Below, piece after piece: positions 61,238-64,000 of a DNA stretch of 64,000 bases (its first letter is position 1; every line of letters starts with the position of its first letter). The translations under genes were made by a program, and so were the position numbers. The stretch spans positions 186,001 through 250,000 of the forward strand of contig NW_020846126.1 in assembly GCF_003704095.1 (NCBI RefSeq), written 5' to 3'. Source of the stretch: Pocillopora damicornis (Eukaryota). The notes beneath the pieces were generated by a model. It made no database searches. It had not been told where the DNA came from and saw nothing but the letters and a program-made list of their open reading frames with translations.

Positions 61238-61635
61238 GTGAATATATGAAATTCATATATGTGAACTGCTGATTAAGAAATTAATATGGAAGCGATCCTC
61301 GCAGTAATGAACACTACTTAAACAGTACTGAAACTTAGGCTAGACAAAAATTCAGGCCGGACAAAAATTCAGGCCTGTACGGCCAGGTTAGTTCATGGGT
61401 TCAAATCCCGTACAGGCCTGATTTATTTATTCATCACTTCGCGGGTTTATTACGAACCAACATAATAACCAGTTCCCAGTTGCCTTGTTAGCTCAGTTGG
61501 TGAAGTACTGTACTACACCGGTATCGCAGAAGTCATGGGTTCAAATCTCGTACAGGCCTGAATTTTTTACCAGGCGTTAATTTAACTACTGCTTAAGTAG
61601 TGTTCATTACTGTGAAGATCGCTCCCAAATTCAAT
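61238..61635. mobile_element. tRNA-derived palindromic interspersed element with 9-bp target-site duplication
   Basis: accatctcc at 61229-61237 and 61636-61644. ~50-bp inverted arms lie at 61283-61333 / 61580-61631. An internal tRNA-like unit at 61482-61558 has an A box (tagctcagttgg) and a B box (ggttcaaatc), with a second B-box half at ~61394-61420. Confidence 0.75.
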
Positions 61636-62089
61636 ACCATCTCCATAACGCATCTATTCGAGGATTTTCAGTCGACTAGATGGAATTTTATTGAATAATA
61701 ATTCAACGACTATTGCGGGGGTAATTTTAGACTTTGGCTCCCTTTTCCTCAGGAAGCCCAAGGTATAAGAAATTTTAGGCCCCAAAGAGGTGCTATTAGT
61801 TGGAAACATGTTTCTCTTTCATAAATGATGGGCCTACTTATCGTCTAACGAGTGATCATATGGCTGCAAGGTCTACCGAAAACCGAATTCGACGGCTTCT
61901 TTTAAGGTCGTAAGGTTGAGTATTGAACTGGTAGGTGAGTAGTGTAGTACAGCAACCTGTTCGTCTGTAAATCTCACCACCCGTGATAAACACACCTATT
62001 CTCAAAGACAAAAGACAACTTGCACCATCGTTAAGCTAGCCTTCATTACGTTCTTAGCTTTGAATTTTACATCAAGACGAGAATTCGAC

Positions 62090-62855
62090 ATGCCTCGAAG
62101 TATTGTCAAGTACTTTCTGATGTTGTGTATTGTCGTAGCATTTGGGATTCTAGTCTTGATTTTTGATCGCCTAATTTTTGCATTCAGTGGTCTTCACAAC
62201 TTTGGTTTGGCTGATGAATCGAAGGCTTTTCACGCAAGTAAAAATTCAGAGAAAAATTTATCGTTGATAACCACGGCAAACTTGGTCGGCAAGGTTCTTC
62301 CTGCTAATTCTGTTCGCTCGGAGCGGCTGAAGACTAAAGAGCGTAGGGAAACAAACGAATTGTTTTTGAAAAACAACGGGTCGGCAGCCGCGAACAAAAA
62401 CCTTCGGCAGAAGCTTCCTGAGGAAAAAGCGCTGGAAAATTTTCAAAATGACTGGTGTCGAATGCAGCGAGCTCGTTTGGAGTGGAAAGATGTTCTTCGT
62501 CCATGTTGGAATTCAACTGTTTGGGGGGCGTCAAGCAGGTTTGGAATCAATCAAATGAGTGATCCACAAAAGAGTTATATTTCACAATGGGATATTAAAC
62601 CGTCCGGCGACTTTAGCCGATTTTTTATTCAGTCGGTGTCAGTTAACAATGAATTGAAGACAATTGGGGGAGATTCTTGGAGAATTCACCTTCATGGGCC
62701 CTCGTCTTTAGCTCCAACAGTCATCGACCTTAATAACGGAAGCTATGAGGTTTTATTTCTTATGCTCGAGGAAGGTGAATACGAAGCAAAAATATTCCTG
62801 GATTACAGCCTCTGTCATGGCTTCAAAGACCCACCTCCACATTGGTTTAGGAAAG
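62090..62855 (+). CDS. NXPE-family (neurexophilin/PC-esterase domain) type II membrane protein, first coding exon; gene continues beyond this exon
   Basis: N-terminal signal-anchor, stem, then KTIGGDSWRIHLHGP...VIDLNNGSYEVLF...EGEY...IFLDYS typical of the NXPE Ig-like region. The donor AAAG|GTAAC is at 62855. Confidence 0.75.
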
Positions 62856-63102
62856 GTAACAAGCGGATACCAATTGTTTTATGCACATTACCCTCTATAA
62901 GATCTTCGCTCTCGTGACCTTAAAGAGGCTCTGTCAGGCCATTAGTTTGCGCACTGAGCTCTTTCACTTTAACATATAGGTGTTAGGTCGCAGATTAGTC
63001 CCTATTGTAACAGATACGAAGCAGAACGCGTGGTGTTAAGCCGGAATTGGTCTCTTACTGTTGTGTTTTGTTACCAAACAGAATTTCGTTGATTCCAAAC
63101 TA

Positions 63103-63142
63103 GGGAAGGGGGGAGGGTGAGGGTGAGGGTGAGGGTGAGGGT
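63103..63142 (+). repeat. (GGGTGA)n G-rich microsatellite
   Basis: gggaaggggggagggtgagggtgagggtgagggtgagggt. Confidence 0.8.
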
Positions 63143-64000
63143 TTATTGTCAATCCTCTTACAACTGTGTTACAACCGTTACAAGTCTCTTCTGCTCTTTC
63201 AACATTAAAGCTTACTCATATTTAAGGCAAAGGAATAAATTACAATTTTCTGTTCCATAAGGATGTTTGTTATGCATGGTTTAGTGATTTCAGCTGTTTG
63301 GATCAAATGAAGTCCCGAGTTGTTTGTGAATGAAAAAAAAATTTTCTTTGAAAAGATCATATAAAAAAAGAACCTCCGGCCAGGAAAGAACGCGTCAATC
63401 AATGAGTAAATAGATAGTATATGTGATCGAATTTGCATCCAGAAGACGAAAACGGAGAACAAAAGGTTTGAAAATATGACAAAGATAAGAAAAGGAACCA
63501 AGTTTTGATGAGTTCAGCAAATTCACGAATTTGTGACTTGGAGATGTAAGGTGTGAGGTATTTACAGCTTAAAACAAACTGAGGTTCTCTCATCCGAAGG
63601 TGAAAATAATACACCTGAAAAAACTCTGACAGCTACACTAATACAGGGTATATCTTTCCTTGGCACAGTTTAAATTGAAAGAAAGACTAATTGTTCCCCG
63701 AACTACTGTTCGTCCAAAAGATTAAGACAGTACAGTCTTACATCTTATTTACGATCTTATAGTGCAGGAAAGTTGCTTGATCTTATCAAGCCTTATTTTA
63801 TTATTATCATGATTAAATGTATCACTAGAGTACGTCACCAAGTGAAATGAGTATTGAATAATTCATACGCAACACCCTTTAATTAAACCCTAAATTGTCC
63901 CATAAATTATATGATGAATAAACCTTAACTTAAGAGATATGTTGATAAATAGAGCCAATAACCCTAAATAACCTTACGCTTGATAAAGGTTATTTTTGTG

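Noticed and set aside
61482-61558. Functional tRNA gene
   Set aside because: The cloverleaf pairing is poor, there is an insertion in the D/anticodon region, and it is embedded in a TSD-flanked repeat.

Overview
Eukaryotic, intron-rich, AT-rich animal genomic DNA from a draft scaffold with seven N-gaps. Gene content and repeat types suggest an anthozoan cnidarian, probably a stony coral (inference). In order, the genes are: a Shaker-family Kv channel with a degenerate S6 gate (-); a non-alpha nAChR-like Cys-loop subunit with an unusual M2 filter (+); an atypical class A GPCR (+); an alpha-carbonic anhydrase (-) and an inverted partial copy (+), flanking a decayed Tc1/mariner element; an orphan multi-TM protein (+) with an inverted pseudogene fragment; a C-type-lectin receptor with Tyr-motif tail and a +1 frameshift (-); a small secreted WSC protein (-); a head-to-head pair of stand-alone GIY-YIG-fold genes; NEK1 (+); Spindly/SPDL1 (-) sharing a short bidirectional promoter with GUF1 (+); and the first coding exon of an NXPE-family gene (+). 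The best candidate for an undescribed system is the GIY-YIG pair. It is under clear purifying selection, appears to have lost the catalytic Arg and to have a displaced or lost Glu, and has a D-box-consensus motif near each promoter. Other highlights are Penelope-type hairpin repeats carrying minimal hammerhead ribozyme motifs, a conserved open frame beyond the carbonic anhydrase stop codon, and a minisatellite that multiplies a NEK1 splice donor. All exon models were read by eye and no database searches were run.
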